Of a DNA stretch of 64,000 bases, positions 20,382 through 29,900 are shown piece after piece; positions within the stretch are counted from its first letter, which is position 1; each line of letters begins with the position of its first letter. The DNA is from Hyphomicrobiales bacterium (GTDB taxonomy: Bacteria > Pseudomonadota > Alphaproteobacteria > Rhizobiales > CAJQND01). The notes below the pieces were generated by a model. It saw only the letters and a list, made by a program, of their open reading frames with translations. It was not told the DNA's origin and did not search any database. The stretch is from the NCBI GenBank assembly GCA_965204985.1, contig CBDBFP010000003.1, forward strand, positions 316,027-380,026. Reading direction: 5' to 3'. A program made the translations under genes and the position numbers.

Positions 20382-21209
20382 ATGCCTGAAATCAATTACG
20401 ATGACCGGATCGTTTTTGATCCTGAATTGCAGATCATGGAAGTCGATTTTTCTGAACTGACGTTCGACAGGTCGAAACCCGTCAACGCCTTTTACGATGA
20501 AGCCGAGGCACGTCTGGCTGAAACCGGGAAGAAGTGGTTCTTTTTGGTAAATTATCGAGACACAACGATAATGACCGAAGCCTGGATCGCATTTGCGCAT
20601 CGCGGCAAGAAAATCAACTTGGCCTACTCACTTGGGAGCGCCAGATATTCAGCGAGCGATGACACCGGAGAAACAATCATGGAAAGATCGAAAAAGGAAA
20701 ATTTCGATCCAAACCTCTTTGACTCCCGCAAAGCTGCCGTCACTCATCTGATGGCGCTCAGGATCCAGATCCCTAAAGACGAATACGAAAAATCAATAAC
20801 GAAAGCCCCGGATGAACCGAAACTACCTGTATCAGATCGCATCATCTTTCACGACGAAATCAATGTCATGGAAGTGGATTTTAGCGACTATACCTTTGCC
20901 AACAGTGGCAACGTAAAACAGTTCTACGAGACCATCGGAGAAAAGCTCGAAGAGACCGGCCAGAAATGGTATTTTCTGGTGAATTACAACCAGACGGAAA
21001 TTCTCCCGGATGCCTGGTATCAATGGTCTATCAGTTCAAAACGGCTAAATGCCGCCTTTTCACTCGGCACCGTCCGCTTTAATGCAAAGGCAGGAACTCG
21101 CGAAAACATTCAGAAGCGTGCGAACGCTGAACACGCAGATGCAAATCTTGTGGCATCACGTGCCGAGGCGCTCTCCCGGATAGTTGCTATGAAGAATACG
21201 GAAAAATAG
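20382..21209 (+). CDS. Hypothetical protein built from two tandem homologous ~135-aa domains
   Basis: A good RBS (aaggag) lies upstream. The two halves align clearly: DRIVFDPELQIMEVDFSELTF...ETGKKWFFLVNY...AYSLGSARY versus DRIIFHDEINVMEVDFSDYTF...ETGQKWYFLVNY...AFSLGTVRF. Confidence 0.6.
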   Translation: MPEINYDDRIVFDPELQIMEVDFSELTFDRSKPVNAFYDEAEARLAETGKKWFFLVNYRDTTIMTEAWIAFAHRGKKINLAYSLGSARYSASDDTGETIMERSKKENFDPNLFDSRKAAVTHLMALRIQIPKDEYEKSITKAPDEPKLPVSDRIIFHDEINVMEVDFSDYTFANSGNVKQFYETIGEKLEETGQKWYFLVNYNQTEILPDAWYQWSISSKRLNAAFSLGTVRFNAKAGTRENIQKRANAEHADANLVASRAEALSRIVAMKNTEK

Positions 21210-21268
21210 CGAAACCTCGCTTGCTGCGAGAAATGACTCGTGCATCTGAACGGAAGTTTTGACACGTT

Positions 21269-21782
21269 TTATGCTTTCAGTGGTTTTTCCTGATAGGTCC
21301 ATGTGAAGGGCTTTGCTATTGTCTCATTGAAGGGAGCGATGGAGGTCGTGATTCTGGAGTTGAGATCCCTGATTGAGGTGAAGTTTCCACGGCGGATGGC
21401 CTTTCTAACCAGGATTGAGAACCAGATCTCAGTCTGGTTCATCCAGGAAACGTGCCCTGGGGTGAAGTGGAATGTGATGCGGCGGGTTTTACAGCTCAGG
21501 AAGGCGCGCCGACTTCCCATGGTCTTCAGGATGCCGCGTTTGCGTCTCTTATCCAGACCCAGGCCGGAGCCGCAGCGGCGGACGATCAGGTGGACTACGC
21601 TCTCGGGGACATGGATGTTGAGATTGTCGGCCATGATGCGCCATCTGGTTGTCGGGCGGTTGACTTGCGAACGGGCTGTCGAGGAAGGCGGTGAAGTCCT
21701 CTTCGGGGCGCCGCCGTTATCGTCCCGCTGGCCACATCAAAAGCGGCGATTAGGGTCTGGGTGCCGTGGCGGATATATTCAT
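21269..21782 (-). pseudogene. IS630-family transposase, 3' portion (frameshifted)
   Basis: EYIRHGTQTLIAAFDVASG and ADNLNIHV...HFTPGHVSWMNQTEIWFS are IS630/DDE_3 motifs. The two pieces are in different frames. Confidence 0.8.
21777..21782. repeat. Target-site duplication ATTCAT (left copy)
   Basis: The same hexamer occurs at 30169-30174, immediately outside the inserted block. Confidence 0.7.
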
Positions 21783-21932
21783 CCCGCATTTCCCAGGCAG
21801 TTTGCCGATCTTGCTTCGCGTGTGCTACTTTTCATGTTATATTTCAGCGTGTTATTTGGAGCTGGGCGGGTTCTGAGGGCGATTTTCGGTTGGGATTTGA
21901 CCGGCGTGTTCGGCTTGAGTTCCACGGCCCCC
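21783..21932 (+). mobile_element. IS1380-family left-end fragment (copy A, ~150 bp, truncated by low-GC cassette 1)
   Basis: Near-identical to 24698-~24870, which continues into an IS1380 transposase frame. Confidence 0.65.
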
Positions 21933-23005
21933 CTGAACGGCCCCGGCCTCTTGACCTGCCCTCTTGATTTTCAGGGCTTTTTGTCCCAGCCTGTATTACA
22001 GCTCCAGAGGGCTATGAAACCGGGAAGCAGGATATGGAAAACGCCATGAGAACAGTTGCTAAAAAAATCATAGCGCTATTGGGCGTGAGTCTGATTGTCT
22101 TTTCCAGTCTTGGGACAGGTTCCAGTTTTGGGGAAAGATATAGATCTGGTAAGTTAGGATGCGGTGATTTTGAGGATACCGAAAGACAGTATAAAGAACA
22201 ACTCCATGATCCTGATCCTTATGTGAGTGTGACCCTGGTTTATGCTCTTTGTCTTTTATTAAAGGGTGAGGTGACTAAAAATCAGGATGATGTGTCCAAG
22301 GGGATGTTGATTTTACATGGTTTGGCTGATCAACACAGCAATATTGTAGCTAATTATTGGATAGCAGAATACCATGTTTCAGGAGGGAGTTTCAACCAAA
22401 ATGTAGCTGACAAGAATTTGGATTTGGCCGCCAAGTATTATTCAAGAACACTGGCTATCATCAAGACTTATAACAGCTACCCTCCTCTTATTTACAGTAT
22501 GTGGGAGGAAACTGATAATATAGAGGACAGCTTATTATAATTTACCTCTTGTTTATTTAGAAATGTTTTATAACGGGGTTGCTGGTGACTACCGGGTTAG
22601 GTTGCTTAACTCTCCCAGTTATAAAGGAGATCGTGATTTGAAAACTTATCCTGAATACAGAGATAATATTATGGGTTATATTGATTTAGCGATAGAGCAT
22701 GCGGGGAATTGTAAAAATCTTCCTCTCAAGAGGCATTTCAATAAGCATTCTTCTTATTACATAAAGGTTTGTGCCATGTATGAGGAGAAAGCCAGGCTTT
22801 TAAAAGAAGCTTATGTGAAAAGTCAGTTTATTTTAAATCAGGACAGGTGTAAGGATATAGGATCCGATGAAACAGTTTTTGCCTATTGCCCTGAACATGA
22901 TGAGACAGAACACAAAATTATAGATACTTATAACTCTATATTTAAAGAAACTAAGAAAATACTTTACCCCATTCGTGACCTTCTTGTATCATCTCCTAAT
23001 AATTA
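21933..23005 (+). repeat. Low-GC cassette, direct copy 1 (starts CTGAACGGCCCCGGCC, ends CTCCTAATAATTA)
   Basis: It aligns along its length with 23632-24695. Confidence 0.8.
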
Positions 23006-23006
23006 G
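22034..23006 (+). pseudogene. Sel1/TPR-like repeat protein with an N-terminal signal or anchor, copy 1 (frameshifted near 22525)
   Basis: ORFs 22034-22540 and 22563-23006 together match the single ORF of copy 2. There is a 2-bp deletion relative to copy 2 (gaggacagcttattataa versus gagatgatatcttattataat). Confidence 0.7.
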
Positions 23007-23519
23007 GATCTATAAAAACCCTCTTTTTTCAGCATAGAGTAAATGCCTCGTACAGGACGCACCGCTCTCCGGTCCCGGTCTTCCCGGACCCCTGCTTGCG
23101 AGGTCGGCGCGCGGGACCGAAAGGGTAAAACCGTTCTGCCTTGGTTGTCCCGGTTCCGGGCCCTGATCGCCGGCGCCGCAGCCCTTGTTGAGCTTGTCCC
23201 TGGTTTCCCTGCAGTTGCTGGCGCTTGATGGACGATCATACTCTGCTGCTGACAGCTTGATGTCATTGGCTGGGCCCAGAGAAATCGTTCATGAACAGAT
23301 GTTCATGAACCTCCCTGATTCAATTGCAGAGCTTGCGGTCATGTAAGAAATTTCAAGTTTCCTTGCACGTAATAACAGTCACCTATGCGGAATATGGACC
23401 TGAATTCAGAAATATGAACGGCACATACGGTTGTCAGTGTTCGTTCACGGAGGCCCTGTCACAGTGCTGCGTCATCGTCAATCAGAATGGCGAACGAAAA
23501 GCAGAAAGGAGATCTAATC

Positions 23520-23631
23520 ATGAAAAAGTCCCGTCGAATAGCCGCTGCTGCGGCAGTATCCCTGACTTTACTGACGAGTGCCTCGGCTCCGGCTTCTGCT
23601 GTCCTCCCGTCGGACCTCCAGCGTCCTGCTT
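23520..23631 (+). pseudogene. 5' stub of a secreted-protein gene, truncated by cassette copy 2
   Basis: An aaggag RBS 9 nt upstream of the ATG, followed by MKKSRRIAAAAAVSLTLLTSASAPASA (a signal peptide with an AxA site). The frame runs straight into the cassette boundary. Confidence 0.45.
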
Positions 23632-24695
23632 CTGAACGGCCCCGGCCCCTCGGCCCGCCCTCTTGCAGGGCTTTTTGTCCCAGCCTGTATTACAGCTCCA
23701 GAGGGCTATGAAACCGGGAAGCAGGATATGGAAGACGCCATGAGAACAGTTGCTAAAAAAATCATAGCGCTATTGGGCGTGAGTCTGATTGTCTTTTCCA
23801 GTCTTGGGACAGGTTCCAGTTTTGGGGAAAGATATAGATCTGGTAAATTTGGATGTGATTTTGAGGAAGAAGAAAAAGCTTATATGGAACAACTCCATGA
23901 TCCTGATCCTTATGTGAGTGTGACCTTAGTTTATGCTATTTGTCTTTTATTAAAGGGTGAGGTGACTAAAAATCAAGATGATGTGTCCAAGGGGATGTTG
24001 ATTTTACATGGTTTGGCTGATCAACACAGCAATATTGTAGCTAATTATTGGATAGCAGAATACCATCTTTCAGGAGGAGATTTCAAAAGTATAGCTGACA
24101 AGAATTTGGATTTAGCCGCCATGTATTATTCAAGAACACTGGCTATCATCAAGACTTATAATAGCTACCCTCCTCTTATTTACAGTATATGGGAGGAAAC
24201 TGATAATATAGAGATGATATCTTATTATAATTTACCTCTTGCTTATTTAGAAATGTTTTATAACGGGGTTGCTGGTGACTACCGGGTTAGGTTGCTTAAC
24301 TCTCCCAGTTATAAAGGAGATCGTGACTTAAAAACTTATCCTGAATACAGAGATAATATTATGGGTTATATTGATTTAGCGATAGAGCATGCGGGGAATT
24401 GTAAAAATCTTCCTCTTAAGAGACATTTCCGGAAGTCTTCTGATTCTTATTACATAAAGGTTTGTGCTATGTATGAGGAGAAAGCTAAGCTTTTAAAAGA
24501 AGCTTATGTGAAAAGCAGTTTATTTTAAATCAGGACAGGTGTAAGGATATAGGATCCGATGAGACAGTTTTTGCCTATTGTCCTGAAATTGATGAGGCAG
24601 AATTGAAAATTGTCAATACTTATTACTCTATATTTAAAGAAGTTAAGGAAATACTTTACCCTATTCGTGACCCTTGTATCATCTCCTAATAATTA
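23632..24695 (+). repeat. Low-GC cassette, direct copy 2
   Basis: Same ends and content as 21933-23005. Confidence 0.8.
23728..24693 (+). pseudogene. Sel1/TPR-like repeat protein, copy 2 (frameshifted near 24517 and again near 24670)
   Basis: Intact through the position where copy 1 is broken. There is a 1-bp deletion relative to copy 1 (aaaagcagttta versus aaaagtcagttta). The C-terminal ~55 codons remain recognisable out of frame. Confidence 0.7.
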
Positions 24696-24697
24696 AG

Positions 24698-25740
24698 CCC
24701 GCATTTCCCAGGCAGTTTGCTGATCTTGCTTCGCGTGTGCTACTTTTCATGTTATATTTCAGCGTGTTATTGGGCGCTGGGCGGGTTTCATGGCACACTC
24801 AAAGGGGGCAGGTTCTGAGGGCGGTTTTCGGTTGGGATTTGACCGGCGTTTCGGCTTGAGTTCCACGGCTCCAGGATCGGCTCCGATGGCGGCCTGCTGC
24901 CCTTTCGGGAGGTGGACGAGGTGTTGGGGCTGCACGATCTGGCAGGCCACTCACTGCAGGACACGCGGCGTGGCAAGAAGGGCAGTCACACGCTTGTCGG
25001 TCTTCTGCGGCAGTCTGCCTTTGGGCGGCTTGCCGGATATCCAGACGTCAATGACGCCGGGCGTCTCGCGCGTGATCCTGTCATGCGCCAGATCGTGGGC
25101 GGTCGCGCGGTCGATGGATTGACAGGAGGCATGACGCGCCCCCACGGCGATCGGGAAGGCACGGCCTGGAACGGTCACTTCGGGTGCAAATGCCATCATC
25201 CCCTCTTTGTGTTCAACCAGTCTGGCGATCTTGAGCGCTGCGCCCTGCGCAAGGGCAATGTCCACAGCGCCGATGGCTGGAAGGAGGTTCTGGCCTCTGT
25301 CATCGCCCGATACAAGGGGCGCGACCTGATGCGGTTCTTTCGGGCCGATGCCGCCTTTGCCCTCCCGGAGCTTTACGAGATGCTGGAAGCGGAAGGTTAT
25401 TTCCACACCATCCGCCTGAAGGGCAACAATGTGCTTCAGGAGATCGCCGACTGGTCCCTGACCAGCATTCAAAGTCGCCGTGTCAAAATTGGCGCGCGTG
25501 GTGTGCGTCATGCCCGTGCCATCCCCTTCCAACTGGCCGGGGTTGCGGTGCCCCGCAACATCTTCGGAAAAATCCTGGCCGCCATCCGCCCCCTCAAACC
25601 ACCGCCGAGGCCCGCCTGACGGGCAACATGTGCGAAGCTGAGCAAAAGCGGCTCGATACCTGTGTTATGCGGACGGCAAAAAGCCCGGACTCGGCGGAAA
25701 GCCGTGGCGCCCCGAACCCTGCGTTCGCCTGGGTGTCGTG
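24698..25740 (+). mobile_element. IS1380-family element, copy B, with a defective transposase; the right boundary is approximate
   Basis: The left end is identical in type to 21783. The transposase C-terminus ILAAIRPLKPPPRPA ends at 25619. The right inverted repeat is not clearly recognisable. Confidence 0.65.
24790..25619 (+). pseudogene. IS1380-family transposase with an N-terminal frameshift and a large internal deletion
   Basis: Motifs seen: RLEFHGSRIGSDGGLLPFREVDEVLGL, RQSAFGRLAGYPDVNDAGRLARDPVMRQIVG, and HPLFVFNQSGDLERCALRKGNVHSADGW. About 275 codons in total, against the ~450 I recall for the family. The junction is at VLQEIAD/WSLTS. Confidence 0.75.
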
Positions 25741-26913
25741 TCGCCCTTCTGCGACAACCAGACATTGTCGATGCTCGCTGATCTCACCAGCGCCAAAAAA
25801 CCACCGATATTCATCGGACGCTCCGACGAACTTGCGCCGGTGCCAAGCTCCACGCTCGACGGCTTCGGTCGCGTGGCTGTGCTCGACGAAATGGCGACCA
25901 CAGAAGACGGAGAAGAGGCCGATGCGATCGCATTGCAGGGGCTTCATGCCAAGGCTTTCATCGCCGAGCGCGGTTGGGACACCGCAATCACGGTCGGCTC
26001 CGGAAACGCCACGCGACCCGCCCTCGACGGAAGCAATGTCGAGATATTTGCGACCCTGACCGGCAAGCGATCGCGAGTCGGCAGTGTTGAGGAAATTCTC
26101 GGCGACAAGGGCTTCGGCCGGTTGACACGACCATTCGTCCGCGACGAGCTGAGTGATGAGCTGCTTAGTGCCAATGCTGCCCGACGACAGGCAGAGAGGC
26201 GATTGGACCTGGCCCGGCGCGAGATTTGCCGCAGCAACCTCCGGCTCCGTTGCGAACGCACGGAGCCTGCCGATGACGGCACGCCGACCTGGCGGGTCTT
26301 TTTGGTCCCGTCCGGGCCGCTCTCCCTTGCCGGGGTCGGCCGCCTGCGTGTTTGGCCGATCACGCGGGGCGCTGGTCATGAGCGCAACGCGCTCGGTCCA
26401 CTCCGGCTAGGACAGTGCGCCGACCTGGGAGCAATGCCGCTGGTCGACCTTACGCGCTTCCTTGCCTTTCACCTCACAGACCAGGAAAAGGAGGATGTCT
26501 CCCTCCTGTTCAGCACCGGGCTCGTTATGGATGGACTGCCCTCCGAGGAGCGTCGCGCCGCGATCCTGCGCTGGGTGATCGACAGCAAGGATACCTTCTT
26601 CCGGTATCTCCGGCTGCTTCTCTCCGAGCCGGGGGATCCGTTTGCCGCCGCGCTGGCCGCCCAGGATGGACAAGGTCATGGCGCATGGCGCACTGCAAGC
26701 GACGACTCGCCCATCCTTGAGGAAATGGTCCGCGCCTTCTGCCGAGGCGGCGATCAGGATCAGCTCCGCGCCATCGAACGGCTGATCGCACGTCTGAAGA
26801 GTGGAGACGACGATCGCACCGATCCGATTCCGGACGAGTTCCGCTCTCTCTGGGAGACATTTCGGATTGCGCGCGACGCGCAGCCCGCGCAGGATGCCTC
26901 CCATGCCGACTGA
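25738..26913 (+). CDS. PLD-family (single HKD) nuclease-like protein with a ~260-aa uncharacterised C-terminal region; probably 5'-truncated
   Basis: HKD motif LHAKAFIAE...GSGNAT at nt 25945-26006. There is no ATG or SD at the 5' end; the tracked start is a GTG directly abutting IS1380 sequence. The stop overlaps the helicase start. Confidence 0.65.
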   Translation: MSPFCDNQTLSMLADLTSAKKPPIFIGRSDELAPVPSSTLDGFGRVAVLDEMATTEDGEEADAIALQGLHAKAFIAERGWDTAITVGSGNATRPALDGSNVEIFATLTGKRSRVGSVEEILGDKGFGRLTRPFVRDELSDELLSANAARRQAERRLDLARREICRSNLRLRCERTEPADDGTPTWRVFLVPSGPLSLAGVGRLRVWPITRGAGHERNALGPLRLGQCADLGAMPLVDLTRFLAFHLTDQEKEDVSLLFSTGLVMDGLPSEERRAAILRWVIDSKDTFFRYLRLLLSEPGDPFAAALAAQDGQGHGAWRTASDDSPILEEMVRAFCRGGDQDQLRAIERLIARLKSGDDDRTDPIPDEFRSLWETFRIARDAQPAQDASHAD

Positions 26914-29900
26914 ACGGTTCCGCGCCGAAACGGCACTCGCTCCCCTCAAGGTCTTTCAGCGGCGCACCGTCGATTATGTCTTCGACCGGCTCTATTGCCC
27001 GAACGACCCTGTCCGCCAGTTCCTGGTCGCTGACGAAGCCGGTCTTGGCAAGACGATGGTGGCGCGCGGGGTCATTGCCCGCATGATCGAACATCTTTGG
27101 GACAGCACGAAACGCATCGACATCCTCTATATCTGCTCGAACCAAGCGATCGCGGCCCAGAACCTCAACCGACTGAACGTCCTCGGCCGCCGCGAGCTGG
27201 CCCGGCCAACCCGAATGACCCTCATTCCGCTGCAACTGGAAGGCCTCGACGCCAACAAGGTGAACTTCATCAGCTTGACGCCGGGCACGACCTTCAATTT
27301 GAGCTCCGCGACCGGGGTGGTGCAGGAACGCGCCCTCCTGTTCCATCTCCTGCAAGACCTCGTTCCCCGGCCCCGTGGACTGCGCAACCTGTTGCAGGTC
27401 AATGTCGGCATCGACGGCTGGAACCGCGCCGTGGACAACCTAGCTGTCGACGGCGTTGACAAGCACATCATCGAGCGCTTTCGCCGCGACGTGCAGGAGA
27501 ATCGAAATCTCTTCGAGGAACTTGAGAGTGTCTGTGACCTCTTCCCGCGCCGTCGTGACAGCTATCCCCCGGACAGGACGCAGCGCCGCAATAGCCTGAT
27601 CGATCGACTGCGCGCCAAGCTGTCCCACGCCTGCGTGGACGCGCTACAGCCGGATCTGATCATCATGGATGAGTTTCAGCGGTTTCGGGACTTGCTGCAC
27701 GGTGGAAGCGACGCTGCGATCCTCGCGCGCGAACTGTTCGACTACTCCGGGACCGAGGGGCACTCGGCCCGCACCCTGCTGCTATCCGCGACCCCCTACC
27801 GGATGCTCACGCTCCGCGGCGATGAACCCGACGAAGACGATCACTATGAAGATTTCCTCAAGACATTGCGTTTTCTCTACGGAGAGAAAGGGCCGGAGGT
27901 GGCGCACACGCTGACCAGAGAAATGCGGGCCTTCCGCGACCATTTGCGTCGTCTCCCGCAATCGCAATCGTATGATCTGGCAGTTGCGGCGCGTGAGACC
28001 ATCGAACAGCGGCTGCGCAGGGTGATGGCACGAACCGAACGCGTCGCGTCCACGATTGAACGCGACTCCATGATGGACGAACCGACCATACCTGTTTCGG
28101 TCGCGCCCGCTGACCTCACGCAGGCATCCGCCGTTTCGCAAGTGGCGCACAGGCTCAATGCCCCGGAGATCATCGAATACTGGAAATCCTCGCCCTACCT
28201 GCTCAACTTCATGCATCACTACAAACTGAAGCAACTGCTGCGGGCGCAGATCGACGTTCCTTCTGCGCCGCTCCCGCTCCGCAATGCAATCCGAGCGGCA
28301 CGATCAGCTATGCTCGATCGCGATGCGATCGACGGCTACGAGCCGCTGGAGCCCCCGAACGGCCGCATGCGGGCGATCATTGACGACATATTCGATCGGC
28401 GTCTCGAACAGAATCTCTGGATACCCGCCGCCATGCCCTATTATGGCGCTGCGCGATCCGATCCTCCGCTGACAAAGGCGCTAATATTCTCTTCCTGGTC
28501 CATGGTTCCCGATGCGATCGCTGCCCTTCTGTCCTACGAAGCAGAACGGCGCATGGGGGTCGGAGAATCCGGCCGACCTTATTCCGAGCAGCATCATCAC
28601 TTGAGACCCTTGCAGTTCCGGCGGAATCAGGGACGGCTCGCCGGCCTTCGCGCGCTTTTGCTAATTTATCCATCACCGTCTCTGGCGGAACTGGCGGATC
28701 CGCTCGCGGTCTTCGCCGAGACCAAGACGACGTTGTCGCAGAAAGCCATGCGTTTAGCGATCGGCAAGCGGCTCAAGCCCCACCTCGAAGCGCTGCAACG
28801 CGCCGCAACTCCACGGAAGGACGCGGGCAGCGCCGAATGGGCCGCACCCGCCATGATCGACGATATGCGAGACACACGCTCCCGCGCATGGCTACTAGGG
28901 GAGTCTGACGGAATGGGCGCCTTGGCAAGCGAAGATGCTTTCCAGGCCCATGTCGCCAAATTGGCGACGACAGCGGCGAACCGCGACATTGACGCCTCAA
29001 CTGCCAATCTTTCCGAACTCCTCGTCGATGTGGCGCTAGGCAGCCCGGCGGTTTGTGCGCTTCGCGCTCTCAAAAGGATCGCGCCTGAGTTGGAATGGGA
29101 TGACTGCCGCTTGCTGAGCGCCGCTGCCCGGGTCGCATGGTCCTTCCGGACCTTGTTCAACCAGCATGATGCGGTTGCACTGCTCCGCCGGGGTGCCGAC
29201 GATCGCTACTGGCATCGCGTGCTGACCTATTGCGCGGACCACAATCTCCAGGCGGTCCTTGACGAATACGCCCATTATCTTGTCGAGGCCGAAGGCCTAG
29301 GGGTTCGTCCGGCAGGGGAACGTGCGGTTGGCGTGGGAAAGGCGATGGCTTCGGCCCTGGCCATCCTCCCGTCGCAGATCGAGGTTGACGACGTGCAGGT
29401 CGATGGTGAATCGCTCGCGATCCGCAAATTTCGTATGCGTGGGCGCTTCGCGATGCGGCTCGCCGACTACAGGGACGAGGAAGGCGCAGTCGCCCGTCTC
29501 GGGGTGGTGCGGGATGCGTTCAACTCACCGTTCCGGCCTTTCGTTCTCGCGACGACGTCCGTTGGTCAAGAAGGGCTCGACTTCCATCCCTATTGTTACC
29601 ACGTCTACCACTGGAACCTTCCGAGTAACCCAGTGGACCTGGAGCAACGCGAGGGCCGCGTCCATCGGTTCAAGGGCCACGCGATACGCCTCAATCTGGC
29701 GGAACGCCAAGCCGGCGTCGTCCGGGGCCGTGGTCAGTCACCCGACGATCCGTGGAAACTGATGTTCGAACAGGCACGATCGGAGGCGGCGGTCGACAAC
29801 GATCACAACGATCTTATCCCCTATTGGATCTACGAGGGTTCTGTCCGGGTTGAACGGCGTGTACCGATGCTGCCTTTCAGTCGGGAAATTACACGACTCG

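Noticed and set aside
23287-23310. Twin GTTCATGAAC palindromes as an alphaproteobacterial LexA (SOS) box
   Set aside because: The SOS box I recall for this class is GTTC-N7-GTTC. Here the GTTC repeats are spaced N10, so the match fails. The site is kept only as a generic operator-like observation.
21933-24695. CRISPR array or integron cassette interpretation of the repeated units
   Set aside because: The repeats are about 1.07 kb long, protein-coding, and only two in number, so this is not a CRISPR array. I could not recognise an attC-like imperfect palindrome at the 3' ends, and there is no intI gene, so an integron origin is unsupported.
25594-26379. A 261-aa ORF on the minus strand overlapping the IS1380 end and the PLD gene
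   Set aside because: It is antisense to a frame that carries a clear HKD motif and is coupled to the helicase gene. Its own sequence is low-complexity and rich in R, G, A and P, as expected for a shadow ORF in ~62% GC DNA.
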